From NCBI RefSeq assembly GCF_006345805.1, contig NC_042999.1, positions 94,612,001 to 94,676,000 of the forward strand: a stretch of 64,000 nt of DNA, given 5' to 3'. A program made the position numbers and the translations under genes. Source of the stretch: Octopus sinensis. Its lineage: Eukaryota. The notes under the pieces are model-generated. The model made no database searches, was not told the DNA's origin, and saw only the letters and a list, made by a program, of their open reading frames with translations. Below are positions 27,459 through 42,307 of this stretch, one piece after another. Every line of letters begins with the position of its first letter. Positions within the stretch are counted from its first letter, which is position 1.

Positions 27459-28659
27459 CATGCATACACTCGCACACATATACACGCACACGCAAGTAGG
27501 TATGAGTGGTATTGGTATATAAACTCTGAATACCACTGTACTGGATCGCTGGTTATCCCATACTGTGATCCAAATCCACACGCAAATGCATTACAGAACA
27601 TACGTAGCAAATGGCAGTGCACAGATGAATGTTGTCTATAAACAGCGGGGTTTCTGTCTATAATACAAGGCAGATCATTAAGTCTTTTACTACCTCCTGT
27701 CACATGTAAGAGAGAAATGAGAATACTAACCCAACCATATTATGGTGGTTGCCTCTCTCGAGAAAATTATTATAGAAAGGTATACTGGGAAATTGCAGTA
27801 GTAAGTAACTTGTGGTATTATAATATGCGCTGCTATGTTCTCTAGTTTAAAGTAAGCAGAGAGATCCTTTCGGTTTCGGTCGGCAAAATACGTATCATGA
27901 ACAAGTATCTATTCATTTGCCTGTCATTATTCCTGCTTCAAATTCAGAGGTCATTATTTAAGAGAATGTAACTATTCATAGCTAAGACATCGTTGGCTTA
28001 AATACCCGTAATATACTACGATATTCTGTGAACTATATGACATTAAATTTTCATAACATATATTTTAGAAATATTGATTTTAAATTTGATATGTATATAT
28101 AATTTCTCTGGTAATTCTCCTCCACTCCCAGCTGACCATTAACCTGTTAAATTAAAAGCAATAATATGTACCTGACAATACGTGAATATAATATATATAC
28201 AGTAGTGACATTTATAAACGTTTGGTTTTTGATTTTTTAGCAATCATAATATCTGACTAATAAATAATATAAAACTATAACTAGCAAGGAGTCATTGTAT
28301 ACATAGATTGCTTGTATGTATTTATTTAATTAGATTTTGATAACGCTTTCATATTATCACTCACTATAATTATTGCGAAATTCAATTTAATTGTAACATT
28401 TGTTTTGTAAAGGATAGATGTTTTCGTTTAAAGAGTATATAAACGAAGTGAATAAGTTTTGCAGTGGCGAATCGTTAGGTTATTTTAAAAATCTAGAATA
28501 CCGTTTTGATTTGGAATGTGTCATGTGTGTGTCCGACAGAGAATTTGGCTGACTCTTACATGGTCGGAAAACCGTATTGACCGGTATGTATACAACGACT
28601 ACTACTGCCATTACTACTACTACTACTACTACTACTAGTAGTAGTAGTAGTAGTAGCCG

Positions 28660-29097
<438 letters not shown>

Positions 29098-29099
29098 AC

Positions 29100-29420
29100 A
29101 ATTCAATCAGACTCCCTACTGAATACTCTCGGAAACGAAGCATTGTTGTGGTAGATAAAAAAAGGATGATACTCAAGAGTATACATATTGCCATACCTAC
29201 AAATACATGTGATGACAAAGTGCTGGAAAAGATGGAGAAATACAGACTACTAAAAGAAGAAATTGCTAGGATGTGAGTAATGAGGAGAGTAACTGCTATC
29301 CTAGTAGGGGTACTCGGAGCACTAACAATCAGGTTCGAGAAATATGTTGGAGAAATGAAGGCAGAGTAGGTCCAAAAGTCTGGTCTGTTGAGGATTTTGA
29401 GATTTGTGCTCGGCTGTTGA
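29100..29420 (+). mobile_element. 3' RLE endonuclease fragment of an RLE-type LINE
   Basis: SIVVVDKK..IHIAIP...KVLEKMEKYRLLKEEIARM..V..ILVGVLGAL matches the PD-(D/E)xK RLE C-terminus. Confidence 0.8.
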
Positions 29421-29569
29421 GAGTGTTCTATGAAAGGTTAACATCCAAGTACCAAAGCTAATAATTTGCGCAAATACACCCTGTTAAACCTCTGACCATA
29501 AACTTCTGTCATAGAATCAACCAGAGCACGTAAGGCCGGCAGCTCTGAGAAGTAAAATAATACTAATAA

Positions 29570-29778
29570 CAGTTTCAAGTTTTGGTACAAGGCCAGCAGT
29601 TTTGAGACAGAGAGTGAGCTGATTACATCGCCTCCAGTGTCCAACTGGTACTTATTTTATTGGCCGCGAAAGGATGAAAGGCAAAGTCGACCCGGGCGGC
29701 ATTCGAACTGACAACGTAAAGGCGGACGAAATGCCGCTAAGCACTATGCCCGGCGCGCTAACCATTCGGCCAGCTCGC
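29570..29778 (-). mobile_element. tRNA-derived SINE, family B
   Basis: aaaggatgaaaggcaaagtcgacccgggcggcattcgaact on plus, with a well-preserved head. Confidence 0.8.
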
Positions 29779-29784
29779 TGCATT

Positions 29785-29960
29785 ACTACTACTACTACTA
29801 CTACTATTACTGCAACTGCTGCTGATGAGGACGATGAGGACGATGACAACGATGCTGTTGCTGCTACTGCTGGTGCTACCTCACTGCTACTACAACTACT
29901 GATGAAGAAGAAGAAGAAGAAGAAGAAGAAGAAGAAGAAGAAGAAGAAGAAGAAGAAGAA

Positions 29961-30014
<54 letters not shown>

Positions 30015-30020
30015 GAAGAA
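29785..30020. repeat. Compound triplet array (CTA)n...(GAA)n(GAT)n
   Basis: Directly visible; it produces the spurious poly-K/poly-M ORF. Confidence 0.95.
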
Positions 30021-30388
30021 GAATTTAAGCACAAAGCTATCAATTATTGAGTGGAGGCGGTTAGTCAGTAATATCGACCCAGAATTCCTATTATATTGAC
30101 CCTGGTGGGAAGCGGAAGCACCGATATTATCAATATCTCAGCATCCCCATCAAATCTTCCAACGCTGTTTTATTACAACAGTAACAGCTGTGTATGTTTA
30201 TCTCTTCCTAAGATATAAATTCACCGACCTATTTAACAGTGCATTTTTACCATGCCAGAATTTATCAATAATAACACAATGAAATCATTCTAAATTTGAA
30301 AACAGTTTCACTTACAAATTTTTTTTTTTTTTTTTTATCATAAATCGAAACCGTAGTGTTTTACCACAACTATACATGTATGTATGTG

Positions 30389-30505
<117 letters not shown>

Positions 30506-30526
30506 GTATGTATCTGTGTATGTATT

Positions 30527-30565
<39 letters not shown>

Positions 30566-30609
30566 TCACACACACACATATGTACATATCGGTAAATGGA
30601 AAATTAATA

Positions 30610-30850
30610 ATAAAAACAAGAGAACAAAAGAAAAAAAGGACTCACAGCTGGAATGTATCAGGCTGGCGCTCAGTAAGACATGGATAAACAAAGGGTTGGG
30701 GTGACGTTTCGAGAATCGTTCTTCGTCTGAAAGGGGGAGTAAAGGTCATGGGAGAAGGGAAAATGTCCAAGAAAAGCAACAGAGTGGTTATATGAATATC
30801 TGGTAACCTAGATCCAAGCCTCCTTCATAGGAATTCCAACATCAACAAGA
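30610..30850 (-). mobile_element. Possible Penelope pLTR remnant
   Basis: Minus-strand cagacgaagaacgattctcgaaacgtc (~30703-30729) resembles a degenerate minimal hammerhead (CTGANGA...GAAAC). Confidence 0.4.
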
Positions 30851-31099
30851 TATTTTTGTATGCATGTATGTTTGTATGCATGTATGTATGTATGCATGTA
30901 TGCATGTATGTGTGTACGTATGTATGTATGTGTGTGCGTATTATGTAAGTATCTATGTATGTAAATGTGCAAATTTATGTGTTTTGTTTCATGTATGTCT
31001 TCTCAGGCCTGCTCATATATACTTAAATGATGAAAGTGTTTTATGCATATTTTTTTATGTTTATATATTTGCATATCTAGACATAGTCATATATACTTA

Positions 31100-31305
31100 A
31101 ATGATAACAATCTGGAAAGTTTTTGCTGACTTTTATAGTTCCTGTGATGGACTGGATCTGTAGTCTTCGAACTAGCTCTCTCCTTTCCGGTTTTGTGAAG
31201 CGTAATTTCTCAAGATTGGTATTTAGGCAGTGTGTTACATATCCCAGTTCTCCAATAATTACAGTTATAACCCTGAACTTGCAATCTGGATAGAGGAACT
31301 GCCTA
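31100..31305 (-). mobile_element. 3'-terminal fragment of an RLE-type LINE
   Basis: [35 protein letters not shown]...LQIQSITGTIKV, homologous by eye to 8805-8990. Confidence 0.75.
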
Positions 31306-31453
31306 TGTATGTATGTATGTATGTATGTATGTATGTATGTATGTATGTATGTATGTATGTATGTATGTATAAAATTGTGTATGCATATATACATAGCGTA
31401 GATATTTATATTTAACATTTTCGTATACACCTAAAATATCGCTTTATAATCAA

Positions 31454-32845
31454 CTAGCAGAAGTACCCGGCGTTGCCCGGGTTTAAGAGAATAATGAAAT
31501 TTTAAAATGCCGTCTAGATTACGCAGGTCTCAACTGCTGGATTTCTACATCAATAACTCTCCAACCCATGCTAGCAGTGAACATTGACTTTAAGTGTAAT
31601 GTTAAAAGAAAAATTTCAACTCATATATGTATATAAAGTAAATATACGTAATTCAAAAACACGTTTTGTGTAGCTTATTTCGTAACACAAAAACAGGTAC
31701 AGATTATAAACAATGAAAGGTCAATTTTAGTGATTCATTTGACAGAGGTAGTAGAGAGCTAATCCGATGATAAATCTGACCTTGGATCTTGAAAGTTTAC
31801 ATGAATCCCGGCTCAGTTAAATCTCTTGCGGCTCCAAATGATATCATCTGTAGTGCAGCATTATATTGCCTAATTTTGTTTTGGAAGTGCTTGGAATCTT
31901 GGTCAGTTGATGACAATAGCTTCTTCAATGGCTCTGGAATGGAGGATGGAGCATTGAAGGGAGTTCAACCTTTCCCCCACAGCAGCACAGTGCAGGTGTC
32001 TATCCAGGCCACTTCTTTGCTTTACAATGTATGCACTCAGTTGCCATTGCACCGTTGGAAACTCTAGTGTCATCTACATAATGAAATGCTGGATTATAAT
32101 TGAAAGGTACTTCATAGAAATTGCTTCTCTGAGCTGTTGCAACTGTTCTTCGTTCTGCAGTGGAGATCCTATTCCTTGTCAGCTCTGACTTTTGTAGTGT
32201 ACAGTCTGTTCGTTTCTTTGTGTGCTTCCATTTCTGCAGCTGCCGCTCTTACCCTGGACAGAGACATTCTTTTGGATGATCTTGAGATATAGACAAATTT
32301 GATACTTTCCTTCTAGGCATGGTTATATTCGTATACAGAAACACACGTGTGCAGAAGATAGTAAACAATGAAAATAACTGGTTAAAGGCAATTATATTTC
32401 TTACTGCGACGGGCAGAAAGTAAATAAGATTTTTTTACGGAAAATAAAGACTTGTACAGGTTGAAGCGAAATTTCGTGCATCAGGGACTTGGTTGATATT
32501 TCCTGTTCCTCGATTGCAAACGCATACTCTTCAAAGTGGGAGGTAGCAATCTGGCTATTGGTTCATGATAAACTGCTTTGATGATCATTCATGTGATGAT
32601 ACGTTACAGTAGAATCGCGCGACTTCTTTGGGCTTGTATTCTAGCTGAACACACGTCATTGATTGGTTAAAATTACTCAAATATGACAAGTTTAACATAA
32701 AATAACTTCTAAAATACAAGATTTTGTCAAAAACATTAATAGTAAGCACTGTTCTATGTGATACATTCTACCAGTATCCGAAGTTTCAAAGTGTTTAGTT
32801 AAAAAATAATAATGATTAAAAAATCTGGTCGTCAAATTGAATAGA
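31454..32845 (-). mobile_element. Non-autonomous Helitron retaining the N-terminal zinc-binding region of RepHel
   Basis: 3' end is a CCCGG-GCAACG-CCGGG hairpin followed by CTAG|T at 31454. Candidate 5' end A|TCTAT at 32845. Translation ECIHCKAKKWPG*TPALCCCGGKVELP..PEPLKKLL..SKHFQNKIRQYNAALQMISFGA..TFKIQGQIYHRI (~31740-32060). Confidence 0.85.
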
Positions 32846-33159
32846 TCCTTTTTTTCTCTCTCAAAACTCATGATGGTACTTCCTTTGTTACTTCGGTTCA
32901 CAAATGCTTACATTTGAATATCATTCATTTAATGTTTTATAGTAGTAGCCAGCGCATATAGACAGGCGTTAATCTGCCAGTAGGTGGGTTCATCACACTG
33001 TTGTAAATACCCATTACCGATTTCGTTAACAGCCTTTAATACTGTATCTGGTGAGGGGGGGTTACTTTGATAGAGAATTTCCTCTCCTGGTGAGAGTCCT
33101 TCAAAGCCAAAGTTATTTTTTCTCGGAAAATTTCAGTAAGGGCACATTTCACCGGCATA

Positions 33160-33226
<67 letters not shown>

Positions 33227-34320
33227 ACTGCTACTACTACTACTACTACTACTATACTACTACTACTACTACTACTACTACAATAATCGTAGCGGTGGCG
33301 CCTGCTATTTACCATAGTCGTAGTAGGGGGACAGTGGTCAGTTACTTGAGCCAGTAATAGACTTTGGCTGGCAGGCACTATGGAATCTGTTGGAATGTCG
33401 CTAGCTGCGAAACCACGTCGTGGTCTTATATCATCCATTATATCATTCGTTTTTTGTTTATAGAGTGGGGAAGAAGGCTTATTTTCGATTTTTTAAATAA
33501 AGTTACAGTTACTAACCTTCTTTCTATGTTCTAGAAATGTTGTTTGTTGGCGTAGTTGCGTCATAGTAAAATTATTTAATTCTGGATACAGATCGTCCCA
33601 ATATGATTTCAATCGATTCATATAGCCAACAGTGGGGTTTTGTAGTAGTAGTTAAATAGATCATTATTCAATTCATAACTCCATGTATGTATGTATGTAT
33701 GTATGTATGTATGTATGTATGTGTAGCGACTATAACGTCTATCTTCATTTCATCCAGATTTCTATTATTTTCTACTATAGTTTACTCTCATTAGTTTATC
33801 TAATCCCAGTTCAACTGAAATAATTCGAGCAGCAGTTTAGCATTACCTTTGGGGAATATTGATATGAATGTGTTTTGCCTTGTCGAATACCTTTAATCTT
33901 TAATATATCATCTGTTGAGCTATAAATATTTCAAATGAATCAGTTATACAAAGTGCATTCTGTCCCGTTAATCCTCTTTGTACCTTTACTTTTGTTTGCC
34001 CTCAAGCATATAATCTAGTGCTTGAATGGTACTACTAGTTTGTTCTAAATGTGGCCTTTTAGATTGATCTTAGATTTTATTCCTCCTACTTAATTTCATC
34101 TTATTTTACTTTATCTTATTTATTCAGTCACTACTTATTTGTTTAGTTATCCGTATACATTCAACTAACTGTTTCCATTTACAACTTTCGTAGTCGTAAA
34201 TATAGTGAAAGTATCTCAACTCGTACACACGTTAATGCAGTGGCCCATCTTATTATTAATGTGTGGATACCGTCTCCAGAAATATATTTTGTTTGTAATA
34301 AGTTCTAGGCATTGAAACAG

Positions 34321-34485
34321 GGCGCAGGAGTGGCTGTGTGGTAAGTAGCTTGCTTACCAACCACATAGTTCCGGGTTCAGTCCCACTGCATGGCACCTTG
34401 GGCAAGTATCTATAGCGTCGGGCCGACCAAAGCCTTGTGAGTGGATTTGGTAGACGGAAAGTGAAAGAAGCCCGTCGTATATATG

Positions 34486-34539
<54 letters not shown>

Positions 34540-34745
34540 TGTGTCTCTGTTTGTCTTCCCAACATCGCTTGACAACCGATGCTGGTGTGTTTACGTCCCC
34601 TTAACTTAGCGGTTCGGCAAAAGAGACCGATAGAATAAGTACTAGGCTTACAAAGAATAAGTTCTGGGATCGATTTGCTCGACTAAAGACGGTGCTCCGG
34701 CATGGCTGCAGTCAAATGACTGAAATAAGTCAAAGTAAAAGTAAG
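34321..34745 (+). mobile_element. tRNA-derived SINE, family A (full length)
   Basis: Head ggcgcaggagtggctgtgtggtaag...gggttcagtccc (A/B-box-like), an internal (TA)(TG) array and an A-rich tail. Confidence 0.9.
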
Positions 34746-35141
34746 TAAAAATCGAATATGATTATAATACATTTTGATTAATTAACTGGTTATTAATCTT
34801 CTATTATTATATCACTACCTCGAAATTAGTGCTTTGTGTAATATTGTATCTCTGTTTATGTGTATATGTATGATGTGTATGTGCGTGTGTGCGTATGTGT
34901 ATGTATATATGTATGTGCGATGCCAGTGCATGTGTAGTCTGTGTGCGTTCGCTGACGCGTATGTGTATGTACATATGTGTAGCTCATATATGTGTGCGTG
35001 TGTACTCTGTGTGCGCGTGCTGGTGTGGGTATGTGTGAGTTTTTTTATGAATGTACTTGCTAATACATATGCATCTATGAACGACGTGCGTGCTAATGTG
35101 CTTATGATTATTCGTATAAAGGGAATGTGTGTGCACGTATG

Positions 35142-35226
<85 letters not shown>

Positions 35227-37079
35227 TGTGTGCTTTTACCATATGAGTGTTCTTGAAAAAAGCTGCCATCCTGAAAATTAGCAGTCCGTGAAATTTCAGC
35301 AGCTAAGCCCAACCACAGACTTTATGTCTCTCTCTTCCTACTAATTATATGTCGTGTTCATTATTTTATTTTGTTTTATTTTATTTTATTTTATTTATGC
35401 ATTTTGTTATTCAGAATTGTCAAATCATCTTTCTTTGGGAAATCTGGCTACCCGTTTCTTCATTCGAAACCAATTTCTTTGGTAAAACCTATTTTATTAT
35501 TCACATTTATATTTTTCTCATTATTTTCATTGATTTTTTTCATCTATGGTCATATTTCCCTTTAAAGCAAATTATAAATGGCAGCATGCTGAGTATATCT
35601 ATAACCTACAGATTTTCCAAAAATTATGCAGACTTGAAGAAACTGCTGAATTGTAATTTCTTTAGTTGTCAAGACATCACTGAAGACTACACCTTCATTA
35701 GGACCCATTAATTTTTAATTCCACGCTGCAAGCTAATGATTTGCCTATAATTTGTATAGCAGTAGTGCTATTTAGAACAGAAAGATTTTCCTAATTTGCT
35801 ATATGAACGCGACTGCTTTCAACTGAAGTACAATGCCACCAGATATTACAGTACACCAACGGACATTTTTCAAACAGAAATGATAAGTGATTGTGCGCTA
35901 CTCTATCCACTCGCCTAACTTGGTTCTATTTCTCTTTTTTTTTTTTCGTATACTCTGAGTATATTCTGAGGCAGTAGTTTTACACATTTTCCTCGTTTTC
36001 TTCTGTGTAGGTGACAAATAAGGACTTGTAATATCACAGGGTCGACAGAAGTGGGTCTGTTGATATTTCTACACAAAATGGTTGTGCAGCTACTTACAAA
36101 TAATCAATATCATCTACCACTGAATGTCCGATATAAACGATTCATAGAATAAAATCGCTTTCTTTACAGCCAGACCCACAATAAAAGTAAAGTAACTATC
36201 CTAATTTGTTTTTTCCTATGCACGACTACTCTATTTATTTATGGAATCTATCACAGCTAGTATGATCGGAATAATCTATTATTGTCAGCAAACAGATGGC
36301 AAGCTAGTGGAATTTGTCTCACGGCCGAAGATTATTGAAGCTCTACTGTATTTAGAGAGAACTAAAGTAGTTTATCCTATTTATTCTATGTTGTTTATTA
36401 TCATATTCTCCTCTTCTTAAGTCACTTCAGTTTGTCTTTCTAAACGCCAGATTCCTGTCCACCAGTCCAAACATGACTCTTTGTATTTAAGTCAATAACT
36501 GCTCAGTATGACTGAAACAGGCTTTAGTTTCGATTTACTTCCTTGAAACAATGATCGATAAAAGTGTCCATAGGTTTCACGTTTCCAAACCGTGGAAACG
36601 TGTTTTTGTTCATTATTGAAGGAGCGTTTCCTAGTGCACTTATACATGTAAACATAGATACACAAATTCACACACTCACAACCACAGAAACACATATGTA
36701 AGTAGACATATATAATTATATATATGCATATATATGTATATAGACATAAACGCATGTGTGTGTTTGTGTGTGTGTTTGTGTGTGTGTGGATACATGTATG
36801 TATACATATATGCATGTATATATATATATATATATGCGTTTACATATATCTGTGCGCGTGTATGTGTGCGTGTACATACTATCAACGTCAACTTAGAATG
36901 ACAGTATTTATTTACACTATGTTACGCAAGTCTCGTAAAAAAAAGTCGTTCAAAAAAAAAAGAAAATATAGGAACGATTTGAAAAGAGGAACTATCTAAT
37001 TTGACAGAGAAACCAATACTTAGAAGATAGATTCCAAGAGAAACTTTGTGATGGTATGTATAAGCACATACATTCCAAT

Positions 37080-37147
<68 letters not shown>

Positions 37148-37271
37148 ATATGTAGGAAGGTAGCTACGTAGGTAGGTAAGTAGAAATAAAGATAGATAGA
37201 TACATAGACAGATAGATAAATAGGTACATACATGCATACATACATACATACATACATACATACATCATACA

Positions 37272-37305
<34 letters not shown>

Positions 37306-37349
37306 CACACTCATGTACATATATTTATATAATCATACTTTTAAGATCT

Positions 37350-38690
37350 ACTTTACTCTAGTTGCATTACTCAGACGGCATTCATGGAAGCACCGTTTGT
37401 ATAGCCGGATACCATTCCTATCGCAAACTCTCACTTATGTCCAAGGAAATCTATATTTCTCCATATTTTTCAAGTGATTTCAAACCAAGAATATGATTCT
37501 TATGACAGTGAAACTTGCTTACAATTAATACACCGCATCAAGAAAAGAAGACACAGATACGCGTATACATACACACATACATACATACAACATACAACAA
37601 GGTGCTGAGGACACAGGCATTGTTTACTGCCATCTTTGTTTTCACTGTCAACTTTGGGTTTGTCCATACTCTTGATGCGAGGCGCGCGAATGCGTATGGC
37701 TGCCTTCCCATCTTGTTGACATCGATGTGTGGGGTCCCCGGTTTCTTTGCACAGTGGAACTTTTGGGGTTGTAGCCTGATCTTATAGCACACAAAGAAGT
37801 GGTCTGTGTCGCAGTCTGAGCTGTGATACGATCGCGTATGAAGAACACACTTGATGGTGGCACGCCTGACCAGGGCCAAATCCAGCTGGTACTAATGCTT
37901 TTAGCATGGATGTCTCCAAGACACTTTGTGTTGGGGCTTGGTCTTGAAGAAGGAGTTGGTGATGCACAGGTCGTGAAATGTAAAGAGCTCGAGCAATCGC
38001 TGTCCGTTCTCGTTTGATTTCCCCACTCCGAATCGACCTAGGCAAGAGGGCCCCGAGTCGTTGTCAGCACCTACTCTTGCATCGATGTCGCCCACGAGAA
38101 CAAATTGGTTTCTAATGGGGAAGCTCTTGATAGTGGATACAAGGTTCTCATAGAAATCGTCCTTAGCATCCGGAGTGGCAGACATTGTCGGAGCATACAC
38201 ACTGAGGAGGGTGACGGCTCCTTCGGTAGTGCTGAGGCGGAGAGTTAGGAGCCGCTCGGAGCCGCCGATGCCTTGCTCTACCATCCTCAGCAAGCTGTTC
38301 TTTATTACAAAGCCTACTCCTTGTTCTCTGGGTTCATCAGGCATCTTCCCTTTCCAGAGGAATATGTAGTCCCTTTCCCTCAATGTGCTTGAATGGGCTA
38401 ACCGTGTTTCCTGCAGAGCAGTGATATTGACGTTCAGTCTCTTGAGCTCCTCGTTGATGACTGCTGTTTTAGAGCTAGTCTCTTTTTGATAGTTTTTCTG
38501 TTTTTATCTGGTGCGGCAGTTGACGACCTGCTTCTCGTATGTTCTCCTAATCCCCATGCACCCAATGAGGAAAGCAAGCCATGGCGGGACAACACCTTAC
38601 TGTCTTGGGTCTGCCTAACTTGAGGCGGGCGGTAGCTGTCCAGTGAGACTCAAAGACCTCGTGTTGTTTTCGTAATTCATCTTGTTTACG
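37350..38690 (-). mobile_element. RTE-clade LINE with APE endonuclease and internal deletion of the RT
   Basis: ALQETRL..; GVGFVIKN..RLLTLRL..LLSVYAPT..GDIDARVG..NENGQRLLE..ITNSFF..VSWRHP (37901-38383); DCDTDH. This joins near 37710 directly to FARLASRVW..KTKMAV..CVLSTLLY of the post-RT region. Confidence 0.9.
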
Positions 38691-38812
38691 TTTTGTGACG
38701 TCCTGTACCCATATATGCATATACATATATACATATATATGTGTGTGTGTGTGTATGTGTGTATATGTGTGTATGTATGTATATATGCCTATATCTCTCT
38801 TTCTCTTTTTCT

Positions 38813-39198
38813 CTTTTACTTGTTTCAGTCATTTGACTGCGGCCATGCTGGAGCACCGCCTTTAATCGAGCAACTCGACCCCGGGACTTATTCTTTTGTA
38901 AGCCCAGTACTTATTCTATCGGTCTCTTTTGCCGAACCGCTAGGTAACAGGGACATAAACACACCATCATCGGTTGTCAAGCAATGCTAGGGGGGCAAAC
39001 ACAGACACACACACGCCTATATATATACATATATACGACGGGCTTCTTTCAGTTTCCGTCTACCAAATCCACTCACAAGGCTTTGGTCGGCCCGAGGCTA
39101 TAGTAGAAGACACTTGCCCAAGGTGCCATGCAGTGGGACTGAACCCGGAACCATGTGGTTGGTAAACAAGCTAATTACCACACAGCCACTCCTGCGCC
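38813..39198 (-). mobile_element. tRNA-derived SINE, family A (full length)
   Basis: Reverse-complement homolog of 34321-34745. Confidence 0.9.
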
Positions 39199-39248
<50 letters not shown>

Positions 39249-39556
39249 CCCATATACACATTTATTTAAAACACCCCACACACACATATATTTATATATA
39301 TATATATACACACCTACAGGCATACGTCAAAGCACATACACATGTAATATATACACGTACACACAAAAATATGCGCATACACAGATTTTAAAGGAAGGCG
39401 TATATAACACAATCAGGCATTTGTAAAATGTTGTAATAGCAACAACAAAAACAACACCAAGTAAGACAATAACAATGATAAGTAGTATGATGACTACAAT
39501 CGAGTATTAGGTAATGAAACCTATGGAGTAAAGGAAACATACTTATACAACTCTTA

Positions 39557-39611
<55 letters not shown>

Positions 39612-42211
39612 TACAAATAAATACAATACATACACAATGACACGCACATATACATATGCATATATATATACGCACGTTCACATACATATACCTACATATA
39701 GACACTAAATGTATAGCTTATATGCTAAATCTATATACGCACCCTCATGTATGTTAAATACATAATTAGATGGATAAGTTAAAAGTATCAAATTGTAACA
39801 TATAACAATGGTCTGCATTTAGGAATTGTTTTTTTATTTTTATTCATGGAGATAATGTTACGTATTTGGGGATTGCTGATTTTCAGTATCTACACCTTTT
39901 TGCTCTCTCACATAAGGATGCTGAATAAAATACAAATTAATAATAAAAAATGTGAATTTTCAACAAATTGTTACTTTATTAAAATGAAGCATGTAATCAA
40001 GCAATCATTCTGTTAGTTTTAAGAACAAATGTTTTCCGAATCAACATGAAATGAACCTCGTTCATCATGAAATGAATCAGAATTATCAACATCAAACCAA
40101 ATGATTGTAAAAAATATGCTCCTAATGGTTACCCTACATATTGATTCAAAGAAGGAGGACCGCTTTGATTTCCGCTTGTGCTGTGCATCGGGACCATCAC
40201 GTTTCTATTCTTTTTATATTTATATTTATCTAATAGATAATTATAAATATATAACAAAAAATATAAATAATAGACGTATAGTACGTAGATAAATGAAAAG
40301 TTAATATAAAAATCAGAATATGCGCTGTAAGTATAAAATTAAGACGCGTGACAAATACAAATGAGAAACAATCAGAAAGAATAAGAAGATGGTAACATTG
40401 TGGGTAATTATATCTATAAGAATTACAACGACAATAGAAACAATATAAGAGCTTGAGTTTCAAGGAAATTTATGTTGAAGAGAGGCAGAATACGTGGTAT
40501 TAACAGACATTACTCAACAAGTTTAAAATAAACAAATATCTAATTTTATGCAAGCATTTCATTTTAAATTGCGTGTCTTATTACACGGGGCACCTGGATA
40601 TTTTAAGATCTCGTATAATTCAGTTTAGCACAGTGTACGGTCGTACCTGCTGTCTGAATGTGATGATTTCCTTCTAACTATACTCCAGGCAATTCCGAAT
40701 TGAGAATTACTATAATTTAATTGCCACATTTTTTTTTGTCAATGATGTAACACCAGCTTTATTGTGATTTTTGAATGATGTAAAATAATTACAAAATCTG
40801 GACTTGAATTTCCAAGTTGGTGAATATCGGTTATTTGCATCAGTTATTCCAGCAAATATATAATCTACATTCCTAGTTAAACAGGAATTATTAATATATC
40901 TTTGTTACGATTGTTGCACATGCCAGGGGTTACCATGTTTAGGATCGTTATTATCATATAAGTTAGGTGTAGCATTAAAATTAATTGAACTGGATGATAT
41001 AATAACATTACTATTATTGTTAACCTTACTATTATTACTAACAGTAACGGGGTGAATGCAGTTTAACTGGACAAGTGTAGGCCCATCATATTCAATTATA
41101 TCAGATTTATAGTGGTTGTTATTTAATACATTTGTACCCGTATAATTATTAGTACTTATTTCTCAGCATTGACTCCCTCACTACTGTGTACGCGTGCCGG
41201 ATTAGGTTTACTTATATCAACATCATGCAAGCAACTTTAGTAATAGGTTGATGGCTTCTTAAACAGCAGCTCTTTGGTGTTGTTATTAAATTACTTAGGC
41301 TCACCTCATCTGATATTTTCCAGCCTCTCCAAAACAATTTCATTTCTAAAATTCTCCAGTTTCGTGACATCTTTAGCGTGATTGACGATTTTCTCTTCCT
41401 GTATACACTCAGTAAGAGATAGAGAAAGGGAGAGATATAAAGAGATAGAGAGAATGAGAGAGGGATTATGTAAATTTGTATTGATATAGGAGTGGATATA
41501 CGTATGCATAGATAAAGAGGGGAGAGGAGACGAAAGCCCGTATAAATCGCATAGATCTTTGAGTGAAAATACCTATATATAAGATACTGAGAACGATCTA
41601 AATGTGTATGCTAAATATATATCTATAATCTTTCTGCAGATATACTTCCATGTGCACATAGATCAATAGATAGATAGATACATACATACATCATACATAC
41701 ATACATACATACATACATACATACATACATACATACATACATACATACATACATACATAGAGAGAGACATAGAGAGAAAGGAAAAGCGTAGGAATTTAGA
41801 TTTCACCGGTTTATACCGTAATGAGTGGGGGAAAAGAGAAATCGACTGAGATTAAGCAATTAATGAATTATATTACTGAAACAGACAACAGCACAGAGAG
41901 AACTAAGTTTTCCTGAGAACTATGCTATCCTATAAGATGTTACATTCCACCCACGTGTGCACGGGTTCAAGAGAGGTTTTATTGTTACACAGGCAAATAT
42001 TTATACGTTGATCGAAAATTTTATCTATATTATACGATATATATTATAAATAATATAGCTCAATCAGAATATGTATATCTCTTTCAGAAAATGCTATCGA
42101 TTTCGTACTCAGCCGAGCAATTTCTCAGAGGTTTTTCTAGAAGAGATAAATCGTACGTGGGAAACGTGAACGCCACATTTTACACACACACACACACACA
42201 CGCACGCATAT

Positions 42212-42303
<92 letters not shown>

Positions 42304-42307
<4 letters not shown>

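Noticed and set aside
29674-30099. 141 aa ORF with poly-T, acidic, poly-K and poly-M tracts
   Set aside because: It is a SINE read antisense followed by compound triplet repeats, with no domain content.
34321-34400. tRNA gene-like sequence
   Set aside because: It has A/B-box-like motifs but no complete cloverleaf, and continues into a repeat body found four times in the window. It is a SINE head.
39846-40016. Short frame starting with a signal-peptide-like MEIMLRIWGLLIFSIYTFLLSH
   Set aside because: It stops after about 56 codons with no splice donor. Hydrophobic runs are common by chance in T-rich DNA.
40600-40960. Possible L1-type endonuclease remnant on the minus strand (NVDYIFAG..NHNKAGVTSL)
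   Set aside because: The similarity is too weak to call by eye; it needs tBLASTn or an HMM.
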